Source of the DNA: an uncultured Bacilli bacterium
GTDB taxonomy: Bacteria; Bacillota_I; Bacilli_A; RF39; UBA660
Assembly (NCBI GenBank): GCA_947632345.1
Contig: CANROW010000002.1
Location: 1-63,501 of the forward strand
Direction: 5' to 3'
Length of the DNA stretch: 63,501 nt
Shown here one piece after another: positions 35,455 through 43,509 of the stretch. Positions within the stretch are counted from its first letter, which is position 1. Each line of letters opens with the position of its first letter. The notes below the pieces were generated by a model. That model searched no databases, was not told the origin of the DNA, and saw nothing but the letters and a program-made list of their open reading frames with translations. Position numbers and translations under genes: made by a program.

Positions 35455-36027
35455 CTAATTATTTTTTAGCAACTTTACCCGATTTTCCTTTTCGTCAACT
35501 TTTTGTAATTCACGAAAACATTTTTTAAATGGTACACAAAAATCATAAATTCTTGACCCTGACTGCCGAATATTAACAGGTATATAATATGATGCTTTTG
35601 GAAGGTCACCATCTAATTTCATAAATGATAAAATTATTTTCTCATCCTTTTTACGAATTTTCAAAATATTAGGGCAGGAGATTGGATAAGCATCGCTCAA
35701 TATCGTAATCATTTCATCATCTACTAATGTTTCATAACATGACATACACTTGGCCAATTCCATTCTTTCTTTTACTTTTGGTAAGTTGATATCTTCATCA
35801 AGAAGGTTACCATTTATTATATTGTTATACAATTTATTAAATATGAGATATAAATCTTCTTCACTACTTGAAATATTAAAATCTATCGCTGATATCTCAC
35901 AATAATTGGCAAACCTACAAGAAAAATTTATATTCTCTCCAGTTTGACATACTTCTAAAACTTTATTGTCTTGTCTCAATTCAATATCAAAAGTATCATA
36001 ATCATTCTTCGTTTTCTTTATCGTCAT
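35455..36027 (-). CDS. Hypothetical protein (190 aa), orphan operon gene 2
   Basis: Same strand as its neighbours, 69 nt downstream of the 485-aa ORF. It is Cys-containing (8 Cys). No motif was recognised. Confidence 0.6.
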   Translation of the reverse strand: MTIKKTKNDYDTFDIELRQDNKVLEVCQTGENINFSCRFANYCEISAIDFNISSSEEDLYLIFNKLYNNIINGNLLDEDINLPKVKERMELAKCMSCYETLVDDEMITILSDAYPISCPNILKIRKKDEKIILSFMKLDGDLPKASYYIPVNIRQSGSRIYDFCVPFKKCFRELQKVDEKENRVKLLKNN

Positions 36028-36096
36028 CGTTATCTCACATCCTCATTATAAAATTATTATTAAGTAAATACTTAGTAAGGAAAATATAAATTTATT

Positions 36097-37554
36097 TTAT
36101 TGTTTCTTTTCCTTGTACAATTTTAACTGTTTTGCATCTAAATTACTCAATAATTCTATTTCTTGAAGACATGTTAGCATTTTTTCAGCTTCTATAGAGG
36201 AATCCCATTCTCTTTTATACGAAGTGGTTCTCGTATCTTCGTTTTGATCATCTTTCCCTAATATCGTGTCTATAACAAATTTGTAAGAATTGATAGGTCT
36301 ATGACTATATTGTCCATTATTAGGTAAATATAACACTCTTAAATATTTATCACTAATTTTATCTATTTTATACAAAGATCCGTTTGAATTAGAAGTATTG
36401 ATAATGTCATTTAAATCTTGTTGTGAATTGGAAATGTCAACGATACCAATTAGTCCATCATCAACTAGATCTATATCACAGAATCCCTGAAAATGAGGAT
36501 CAGGATCAGACCAATCAAAATAATCTTTTATTGAAGAAGTAATGCCAATTTTTGATATAAATATATTTTCAGACGAGATAATTGGTTCATCGTAAGTTAT
36601 TTTTGCGATATGATTATTGCCTTCATAAGAAATTTCAAATTGACTCATAGCGTTACTAAAATCATCATTATGATTTACAGTTTCGCGTAATCTATCGAAT
36701 AAATTATCATTATGACGGCTAGGTACACCATTTTTTAGTAAATTTTCCAATTCTATTTCTGCGCTTTCCTCATCTTGTCGTAATTGTTCTTTAAGAAGTT
36801 GTTGATTTAATTCTTCTATTTTTTCTGAAACACGTTTTTTGTAATTATCATCAATTATTCCTCTTTTGCTCAAAATAAATTCGTGCATAAGATTTAATAA
36901 TTCTTTTTCAGATATCTTATCTAAATTATTCTTAAATCTATATTCTACTACTAAATCAATAAAATCTTTAACGTATGAAAATTTATTAAAATCTATCAAA
37001 CATTTTGGTCTTCCTTCAGAAACAGTGTAAAAAGTAATATTTTTATTATAGCAATAATCGTCTGTTCCTAATACAAATGCTTCCCCATTTCTCACTAATC
37101 TGTTTACTTCATCATCCTGCTCATTATAATCATAATAATATCCTTGTTTTTCCTTATTTTTTACTACCATTAAAAATTTTTTATTTGTCACCAATGATTC
37201 TCCTCCAAATGGAGTTGATACACGTTCGTATGTTTCATAAGTAGCTTTTTTGAAAGAATATTCTTCCCATTCAACGATAGAGACTATTTTACTAATGATA
37301 TTTCCTATCAACTGCGAATCAAAAGTAGAGTAGTTCTCCAACATTTTACTATAATCGTCTAACTCTTGTTTTAAAACAGTACAATTCTTCTCATATATTT
37401 CAATTTTTTCTTGATAAGAAAGCTTTATTTTTCTTTCTGCTTCCATTATTTCTTCGTTCATCTTTTGATGAAGCTTTTTTTCTACTTCTAAATTTGTTAA
37501 ATAATTGTCATAAGCTGAACTTAAATCTTCAAAAAAATCCATTTTCTTACCCAT
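36097..37554 (-). CDS. Hypothetical protein (485 aa), orphan operon gene 1
   Basis: Strong SD sequence GGGAGG lies 5 nt upstream of ATG 37554. Two coiled-coil segments (aa 20-75 and aa 235-275) flank globular regions. No NTPase or nuclease motif was recognised. Confidence 0.7.
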   Translation of the reverse strand: MGKKMDFFEDLSSAYDNYLTNLEVEKKLHQKMNEEIMEAERKIKLSYQEKIEIYEKNCTVLKQELDDYSKMLENYSTFDSQLIGNIISKIVSIVEWEEYSFKKATYETYERVSTPFGGESLVTNKKFLMVVKNKEKQGYYYDYNEQDDEVNRLVRNGEAFVLGTDDYCYNKNITFYTVSEGRPKCLIDFNKFSYVKDFIDLVVEYRFKNNLDKISEKELLNLMHEFILSKRGIIDDNYKKRVSEKIEELNQQLLKEQLRQDEESAEIELENLLKNGVPSRHNDNLFDRLRETVNHNDDFSNAMSQFEISYEGNNHIAKITYDEPIISSENIFISKIGITSSIKDYFDWSDPDPHFQGFCDIDLVDDGLIGIVDISNSQQDLNDIINTSNSNGSLYKIDKISDKYLRVLYLPNNGQYSHRPINSYKFVIDTILGKDDQNEDTRTTSYKREWDSSIEAEKMLTCLQEIELLSNLDAKQLKLYKEKKQ

Positions 37555-37780
37555 AAAAACCTCCCTTAATTAACTTTATTGTAACATATTATTTTTATTT
37601 CACATATAAATTTTTAAATTTATTTATAATTATGAAACGCTTGTTAACAAAAAGAATCTAAAGGCAATCAAAAAATGCTTGAGAAAGTTGTTACAGTTAA
37701 CTTTTATCCTATAATGAGCTATTTCTATATTAAGCTTGTAAGTGGTTAGAACCAGTGCCCTAAAGACAAAAGTTCCACAA

Positions 37781-38389
37781 TTATTTTAGATTGTTATTAT
37801 ATCTTTCTATATATTTTGGTAAAATTTTTAACCATTTATTAAATTGTTTTTGATTATCAAAACTATACAATTTATAACCTTCATTATTATATTTTTTAAA
37901 CTTTAAATTTAAAAAGCTTTCAATAAATTTTTGCCCATCGGAAGTTTGTCCTTCAGCACACATATTTAAAAATTTAATTCCATTACTACAAAACATATCT
38001 AACTTACTTTTCAATCCTTCTAATAATAAACTTAATATTATTTTTTCATTTCTGTAATTAGGTGCTATTGCTATCGCAGAAAATAATAGATAATATGATT
38101 TGTTATTTTCATATTTTAGTAATGTATTAGCATTAATTTCTGTGTCCTCTAACTGATTTCTCATAAACCGATCAAATTGTTCCTTTGATAGAGGTAAAAT
38201 AGTTATTTCTCCAACAATTTTTTGTTTTGAAGTATCTCTTATAAAAATATGGATATGATGATTTTTATTTTCCCATTCTATCACTTGTTCGATACTAGCA
38301 ATTGTTACTGGATTTAAATAATGTTTTTCTATATTCCAAACATCTTCAAAATCCTTGTATTCGTGCTCATATTCAATTTTGTATTTCAT
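37781..38389 (-). CDS. GNAT-like acetyltransferase (weak assignment)
   Basis: 202 aa. The beta4-alpha3-like segment LLFSAIAIAPNYRNEKIILSLLLEGL and the C-terminal ...GQKFIESFLNLKF resemble GNAT motifs A and B, but the canonical R/QxxGxG/A is absent. Confidence 0.4.
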   Translation of the reverse strand: MKYKIEYEHEYKDFEDVWNIEKHYLNPVTIASIEQVIEWENKNHHIHIFIRDTSKQKIVGEITILPLSKEQFDRFMRNQLEDTEINANTLLKYENNKSYYLLFSAIAIAPNYRNEKIILSLLLEGLKSKLDMFCSNGIKFLNMCAEGQTSDGQKFIESFLNLKFKKYNNEGYKLYSFDNQKQFNKWLKILPKYIERYNNNLK

Positions 38390-38479
38390 ACAATTTACTC
38401 CATTAAAAATTACTTATTGTCAAATAAAATATATAAGTGTGTTTTATAAATTCACAAATTTATAAATTTACACTAAAAA

Positions 38480-38491
38480 ATTATAGCATAA
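38480..38491 (-). promoter_or_regulatory. Putative extended -10 element (TTATGCTATAAT on the minus strand) upstream of the GNAT-like gene
   Basis: This is the same 12-mer as the putative tRNA-Thr promoter. It lies about 90 nt upstream of the GNAT-like start. Confidence 0.3.
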
Positions 38492-38505
38492 ATTAGAATA
38501 CTTTA

Positions 38506-38532
38506 AAACTCGAACTATAAAAGTCCGAGTTT
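38506..38532 (-). terminator. Rho-independent terminator after tRNA-Thr (left copy of the 27-nt inverted repeat)
   Basis: On the minus strand, AACTCGGACT-tttat-AGTTCGAGTT is followed by a T4 run. It begins 11 nt after the tRNA CCA end. Confidence 0.7.
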
Positions 38533-38542
38533 CCTATCAATC

Positions 38543-38616
38543 TGGTGCCGATAGCGAGAATTGAACTTGCCTCTGATCCTTACCAAGGACCTGTTTTACC
38601 ACTAAACTATATCGGC
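38543..38616 (-). tRNA. tRNA-Thr (anticodon GGT), CCA encoded
   Basis: The minus strand reads GCCGATATAGTTTAGTGGTAAAACAGGTCCTTGGTAAGGATCAGAGGCAAGTTCAATTCTCGCTATCGGCACCA. The cloverleaf has a 7-bp acceptor stem and anticodon loop TTGGTAA. Confidence 0.9.
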
Positions 38617-38624
38617 ATAAATAG

Positions 38625-38636
38625 ATTATAGCATAA
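38625..38636 (-). promoter_or_regulatory. Putative extended -10 promoter element for tRNA-Thr
   Basis: The minus strand reads TTATGCTATAAT and ends 8 nt upstream of the tRNA 5' end. Confidence 0.4.
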
Positions 38637-38673
38637 TAATTATACTTTTGACCATACTAATAATGGTGGTTTT

Positions 38674-39402
38674 ATGAAAATATTAATTACAGGAGCTAGC
38701 AGTGGGATTGGTTTTTTATCTGGTTGTGTTTTGGCTTCACGTGGACATAACGTTTATATGACGACCAAAACAGAGGAAGAAGCTAAAGTTTTAAGAGAAA
38801 AGATAGATTATTTACAACTCAATGTAAATATTTTTAAATTAGATATCACTGTTGAGTATAAAAAGATAGAAGAATTAGATTTAGATGTCTTATTTTTGCA
38901 TGCTGGAGTTGGCTATACTGGACTATTAAAAGATATTGATATTAATCTTTTAAAAGATAATTTTGAAGTAAATGTTTTTTCCAATTTACGAATGATACAG
39001 ACCTATTTAAATAATCAATCACCCGATAATAAAAGGGTAGTGATGACATCATCGCTTTTAGCCAACCATTCTTATCCTTTTTTTGGTAGTTATATAATGA
39101 GTAAAACGTGTATCGAAATGATGATGAATATTCTCCGTAAGGAAGAAGTGTTTACTCCAAACCAATTTATAGTTATAAGACCGGGGGCTTATCATACAGG
39201 GTTTAATCAATATATGATATTATCAGGTGAAAAGAGTGGTATGAGTTATCAATTGCGTTGTCTAATTAATAGACTGTTTCTCATATTAGAAAAGAAAAAT
39301 TTAAATTCAATTGTTTGCGAAGTTGTAGAAGCAATTGAAAAAGGAAATAGAAAAATTTATTCAGCTCCCAAGATTCAAGCTTTTCTATCTAAATTGACAT
39401 AA
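38674..39402 (+). CDS. Short-chain dehydrogenase/reductase (SDR) family oxidoreductase
   Basis: ILITGASSGIG is the TGxxxGxG motif. SS...YIMSK supplies the catalytic Ser and YxxxK. Confidence 0.8.
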   Translation: MKILITGASSGIGFLSGCVLASRGHNVYMTTKTEEEAKVLREKIDYLQLNVNIFKLDITVEYKKIEELDLDVLFLHAGVGYTGLLKDIDINLLKDNFEVNVFSNLRMIQTYLNNQSPDNKRVVMTSSLLANHSYPFFGSYIMSKTCIEMMMNILRKEEVFTPNQFIVIRPGAYHTGFNQYMILSGEKSGMSYQLRCLINRLFLILEKKNLNSIVCEVVEAIEKGNRKIYSAPKIQAFLSKLT

Positions 39403-39420
39403 TATTATTTATTAAAGTCA

Positions 39421-39449
39421 TTGACAAATATATTTAAATATGTTTAAAT
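39421..39449 (+). promoter_or_regulatory. Putative promoter for tRNA-Met
   Basis: TTGACA (39421-39426), 17-nt spacer, then TTAAAT (39444-39449). It lies 12 nt upstream of the tRNA. Confidence 0.4.
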
Positions 39450-39461
39450 TAATCTTGTCAT

Positions 39462-39538
39462 GGCGATGTAGCTCAGCTGGCTAGAGCGCCTGGTTCATAC
39501 CCAGGAGGTCGTGGGTTCGATCCCCTCCGTCGCTACCA
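39462..39538 (+). tRNA. tRNA-Met (anticodon CAT), elongator-like, CCA encoded
   Basis: Sequence GGCGATGTAGCTCAGCTGGCTAGAGCGCCTGGTTCATACCCAGGAGGTCGTGGGTTCGATCCCCTCCGTCGCTACCA, with anticodon loop TTCATAC. An Ile2 (lysidine) identity cannot be excluded from sequence alone. Confidence 0.88.
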
Positions 39539-39549
39539 TATTGAAACTG

Positions 39550-39577
39550 AACTCGGACTTTTATAGTTCGAGTTTTT
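39550..39577 (+). terminator. Rho-independent terminator after tRNA-Met (right copy of the 27-nt inverted repeat)
   Basis: AACTCGGACT-tttat-AGTTCGAGTT is followed by a T5 run. It begins 12 nt after the CCA end. Confidence 0.7.
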
Positions 39578-39741
39578 ATATGTTTAAATGTGATTGATTG
39601 GTGTGGATTTTATGGTAATATTATTTAAATAAAATTAATTACCCAGCAACGATAATTATTAGTATTAGAAAATTTATTAGTTTAATGCATTAATATGTTA
39701 TAATATTTACATATAAAAAGATTGAATGGATTGAGGTTTTT

Positions 39742-40689
39742 ATGGAGGAAGTATATAAAAATATTGATGAACAGCTTGAAATGATCAAGAGTAAAAATAT
39801 TTTAATTAAGGATGAAGAAAGAGCTCGTGACATATTATATAGAGAGAATTATTATAATTTAATTACATGTTATATAGACATCTTTTTAGATATTAAGAAA
39901 TCAAGTATGAAAGGCACAAGTGTTTGTACAACGGATACTTATTTTGAAGAGATATATGCTGTCTATCAGTTTGATCGTGAATTGCGTAATATTATGTTGA
40001 ACTACATATCAATCGTTGAAACAAATCTAAAATCTTGTATAGCTAACATTTTTTCAGAAAAATATGGGACGAGCAATTATTTAAAAGCTGAAAATTTTAA
40101 AGATACGGATTTAAATGATTTTATCGATTTTAAGGAATTGATTAAAAAAAATTTTTTGCGCAGCAGTCAAAATGATGAAGACGCTAAAAAGTATAGAACT
40201 TGTTTAGAAGAAGCTCCTCTTTGGATTTTGGCTAGTCATATGACATTTGGTACAATTATCAGATTTTACTCACTTATGAAGCTTGAAGATAAAAAAATGG
40301 TATCTAATTTCTTTCAAATCAATAACTATGATATGAATCAGATTCTTGTAATGTTAAATATGATAAGAAATATCGCAGCTCACGGAAACATTTTATTCAA
40401 TGTCAAATTAAAAGTAAAATATCCATTTAGAACTCGCAGTTATTTTCACGAAGCCCTTGGTATTGAACAAAATGCTCATGATTATAAAAGAGGTATGAAC
40501 GATATCTTAGCTATCATTATTATCTTAAAAAGATTACTTCAAACTAAAGAATATAAACGTATGATTAAAGAATTAGAAATTGCAATTGAAGAAGTTAAGG
40601 AAGATTTAGATTCAGATAGTTTTGAGAATCTTATGGATGAGATGGGACTGTTTAACACAATAGATACAAAAGCTGAAGTAATGAATTAA
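39742..40689 (+). CDS. Abi_2 family abortive-infection protein (AbiD/AbiD1/AbiF-like)
   Basis: 315 aa. Family hallmarks are present: EQLEMIKSKNILIKDEERARDILYRENYYNL, YQFDRELRNIMLNYISIVETNLKSCIA, and the central MIRNIAAHGN motif (RNxxAH). Confidence 0.75.
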   Translation: MEEVYKNIDEQLEMIKSKNILIKDEERARDILYRENYYNLITCYIDIFLDIKKSSMKGTSVCTTDTYFEEIYAVYQFDRELRNIMLNYISIVETNLKSCIANIFSEKYGTSNYLKAENFKDTDLNDFIDFKELIKKNFLRSSQNDEDAKKYRTCLEEAPLWILASHMTFGTIIRFYSLMKLEDKKMVSNFFQINNYDMNQILVMLNMIRNIAAHGNILFNVKLKVKYPFRTRSYFHEALGIEQNAHDYKRGMNDILAIIIILKRLLQTKEYKRMIKELEIAIEEVKEDLDSDSFENLMDEMGLFNTIDTKAEVMN

Positions 40690-40748
40690 ATCTTGCTATA
40701 TTAAGCTAATTATGGTATAATAATTCTACTTTTAAGGGGGAAATTATT

Positions 40749-41318
40749 ATGGAAGGTCTTTTTAAATTAAAAAGCGATAAAGATAATATCCATATTTTGG
40801 CTTTTCAGTATAATATTTTAAATTACTCGATTGGAGTTTTAAAAAATAGAAAAAAAGAACTACGTGCTGATCCTATTTTAAACTCAAAAATAGAAAATTA
40901 TTTATTAATGGAGAGACTATCTATTCAACAAGAATTGAGTAATGAAGAATTACCATTTGATATAAAGAGTAATGCTAAAGATTATATAAATAATCCACGC
41001 AATAGAGATCTAAAAAATTATATGAATATTTGTAATCATATCATTGCTAAACAATTGGATATTGCTGATCTTTGTTCAAGAGTCGATTTTTTAGATCATA
41101 TGTTTACTGTTAACGACAAAGATTTATTTTGTGTTGATTGCGCATTATCAACAGAAGGCTTAGTTTATACGGATGTTGACAAGAATTTTCTTTTGGGTTG
41201 TGCTAAGAGAAGGCATAGAATCGTTGATGTTGGTAGTAGTAATTCTGGTAAGTTAATGCCTATGTATCAATGTAGTTTTAAAAGCGATAGAAGTAATTTA
41301 ATTAATGTCGCTCAATAA
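40749..41318 (+). CDS. Hypothetical protein (189 aa) downstream of the Abi gene
   Basis: SD sequence AAGGGGGA is upstream. The gene starts 59 nt after the Abi stop and shares a terminator with it. No motif was recognised. Confidence 0.6.
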   Translation: MEGLFKLKSDKDNIHILAFQYNILNYSIGVLKNRKKELRADPILNSKIENYLLMERLSIQQELSNEELPFDIKSNAKDYINNPRNRDLKNYMNICNHIIAKQLDIADLCSRVDFLDHMFTVNDKDLFCVDCALSTEGLVYTDVDKNFLLGCAKRRHRIVDVGSSNSGKLMPMYQCSFKSDRSNLINVAQ

Positions 41319-41327
41319 AATTTATGA

Positions 41328-41355
41328 AAAGACACCATTCTATAAGTGTCTTTTT
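41328..41355 (+). terminator. Rho-independent terminator of the Abi pair
   Basis: AAAGACAC-(10 nt)-GTGTCTTT with a T-run. Confidence 0.6.
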
Positions 41356-41408
41356 CTAATTGTATATATATATAGCGGTCTTCTTTATTCATAAATAATT
41401 GAAAGGGG

Positions 41409-42098
41409 ATGATTATTATTTATTTTATTAAAAAAAATATTGATAAAATTAGACGTGGTAGTCATACTTACTTTTTAGATCCTAAAGAATTTAACCAAGT
41501 GCGTAATGGTCTAAAAGGCAATCAATTTGAAATATTTAGACCATATCCTGATAGTAATAAGATAATTCTTTATTCTAAAACGCCACCAAATGTTATTCTA
41601 TATGAAATAAAATCCAAGATACCTCTTCGTCATCAAGACATTTTAGGAAGTGTTTTTGCCCTAAATATAACAAATGAAATGTTTGGTGATATCGTTATTG
41701 ATGAGGATCACTATTATATTTTCATTTTAGAATTAATTGATAATTATATTACATCAAATCTATTATTCATAAAGAATAGTCCCATTGAATTAGAGCGAAA
41801 AAATCTTGATTATTTAAAAGATTATCATCAAAAATATGAAGAGGGAGAAATAATTGTTTCTAGTCTTAGAATTGATACCGTCATATCAAGAATCATCAAT
41901 ACTAATCGCAGTACTGTTTTAGAGAAAATAAAAGCTAAAGACATTTTAGTTAATTATGAATTATTGCAAAAAAGTTCTTATCTTTTAAAAGAAAATGATG
42001 TTTTTAGTATTCGGAAATATGGCAAGTACCGTTTTATTGGTGTTGAAAAAATGACAAAGAAAGATAATTATATTATCAAATATCAGAAATATATCTAA
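41409..42098 (+). CDS. ylmH: YlmH-like RNA-binding protein (S4 domain)
   Basis: The motif order FLDPKE...HQDILGSVFALNITNEMFGDI...RIDTVISRIINTNRSTVLEKIKAKDILVNYE matches B. subtilis YlmH (FLDPRE, HRSLLGALMGIGLKRQKFGDI, and a C-terminal S4 domain). Confidence 0.6.
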   Translation: MIIIYFIKKNIDKIRRGSHTYFLDPKEFNQVRNGLKGNQFEIFRPYPDSNKIILYSKTPPNVILYEIKSKIPLRHQDILGSVFALNITNEMFGDIVIDEDHYYIFILELIDNYITSNLLFIKNSPIELERKNLDYLKDYHQKYEEGEIIVSSLRIDTVISRIINTNRSTVLEKIKAKDILVNYELLQKSSYLLKENDVFSIRKYGKYRFIGVEKMTKKDNYIIKYQKYI

Positions 42099-42181
42099 TT
42101 ATAAATGTCAAAAATAGTCAAATTAGAGTTCAATTCATAGAGAATTACTCTTTTTTTGATATAATTACAATAGGTGAAGTT

Positions 42182-42823
42182 ATGGGTTCAGCAATTATAC
42201 ATATTTGTGTAGCAAAACGAGTTAATGAAATATTAAAGCGCAATGAAAAAAAATTATTTTTAGGTAGCATTGCTCCAGATATAAGCAAACAGATTGGTAG
42301 AACGAAAGAAAAATCGCATTTTTTAGATGGGATAAAAGACGATGTTCCAAACTTAGATAAATTTTTAATAAAATATCAAAATTCATTAAAAAATAATGAT
42401 TTTAATTTGGGGTATTATTGCCATTTATATGCTGATAAGTGTTGGTATTTAGACTTTGTTAATAAGTTCATATCCGATGACTGTAAAGAGATTATTTATT
42501 TAAATGGGAAGATAATCAAAGCCAATCCTGATGTCATAAGAAAGATATTATATAATGATTACTCTAACATCAATGTCAGTTTAATAGATAAATATGATTT
42601 GGATTTATCTCTTTTTTATGAAGAATCTCCAAAAATCGTTTCTTCTATTGATGAGATACCGCTGGATAAATTATATATTATCATTGATAAAATGGGGATT
42701 CTTATTGAGAATTCTAAGAATAGGCCAACGCTAATTTTCGATCCAAATTCAATAGATGAATTTATCGACCAAACAGCAAATAACTTCATTAATAATTTAA
42801 AAGAGTTGGGTGTTATTCAATGA
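42182..42823 (+). CDS. Zinc-dependent phospholipase C-like / metal-dependent hydrolase family protein (weak)
   Basis: The N-terminal pattern GSAIIHICVA...LGSIAPDI...SHF...CHLYADK resembles the His/Asp ligand pattern of this family. Confidence 0.4.
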   Translation: MGSAIIHICVAKRVNEILKRNEKKLFLGSIAPDISKQIGRTKEKSHFLDGIKDDVPNLDKFLIKYQNSLKNNDFNLGYYCHLYADKCWYLDFVNKFISDDCKEIIYLNGKIIKANPDVIRKILYNDYSNINVSLIDKYDLDLSLFYEESPKIVSSIDEIPLDKLYIIIDKMGILIENSKNRPTLIFDPNSIDEFIDQTANNFINNLKELGVIQ

Positions 42824-43392
42824 ATACAACAGTGATAATTGCTCAAATCTTTGCTTTCATAGCATTTGTTTTATATACGTTGAGCTTACAATTTAAAAAG
42901 AAATCAAAGGTATTAAAAACGCAAATCATTGCCAATGCTTTTTATGCTTTAGAGTATTTGATGCTGAATGCCTATGCTGGTGTTAATAATAGTCTGTTTG
43001 GAATATCGCGCTCAGTCTTGTTTTATATTTGCCATAAGAAGAAAAAAAAGTGTCCTTTTTATGTCATGGTCATATTCATAATATTAATTGTTATATTTGG
43101 GTTCATTTCTTATACTGACATATTTAGTACATTGCCAGTTATCATAAGTATTATTTTCTTTTTAGCATTATATTCTGAAGATATGAAGCTATATCGAATT
43201 GTTGCTGCCATCGCCTCAATTCTTTGGATAATCTATAATGCTGCAGTTGGTGCTTATGTTGGTATTGTTGATAGTGCCATCGAATTGACATCTGCCTTAA
43301 TTGCAATTTATCGCTTTGATATTGATCGGCAGACACTTCGTCAAAGATTGATGAAACGCGTTAAAAAACTTGTAAAGAAAGATGAAAAATAA
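42820..43392 (+). CDS. YgjV-like inner membrane protein
   Basis: 190 aa with five or six TM helices and internal duplication, consistent with the YgjV family. Its start overlaps the upstream stop (ATGA). Confidence 0.45.
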   Translation: MNTTVIIAQIFAFIAFVLYTLSLQFKKKSKVLKTQIIANAFYALEYLMLNAYAGVNNSLFGISRSVLFYICHKKKKKCPFYVMVIFIILIVIFGFISYTDIFSTLPVIISIIFFLALYSEDMKLYRIVAAIASILWIIYNAAVGAYVGIVDSAIELTSALIAIYRFDIDRQTLRQRLMKRVKKLVKKDEK

Positions 43393-43427
43393 TCTTTCTT
43401 TTTTTGTCGGAAAAAATATTGCAAAAA

Positions 43428-43454
43428 TTAGCAATTTAAGTTGACAAGTGCTAA
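43428..43454 (+). promoter_or_regulatory. CIRCE operator 1 (degenerate) overlapping the -35 of the hrcA promoter
   Basis: TTAGCAATT-N9-AAGTGCTAA compared with the consensus TTAGCACTC-N9-GAGTGCTAA. Confidence 0.65.
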
Positions 43455-43469
43455 TGATAATAATATAAT
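43441..43469 (+). promoter_or_regulatory. Sigma-A promoter of the hrcA-grpE-dnaK operon
   Basis: Consensus TTGACA (43441-43446), 17-nt spacer, then consensus TATAAT (43464-43469). Confidence 0.8.
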
Positions 43470-43473
43470 GATA

Positions 43474-43500
43474 TTAGCACTTGGGAAAAAGAAGTGCTAG
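43474..43500 (+). promoter_or_regulatory. CIRCE operator 2 (HrcA binding site)
   Basis: TTAGCACTT-N9-AAGTGCTAG lies between the -10 element and the hrcA SD sequence. Confidence 0.85.
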
Positions 43501-43509
43501 GAGGCAGAT

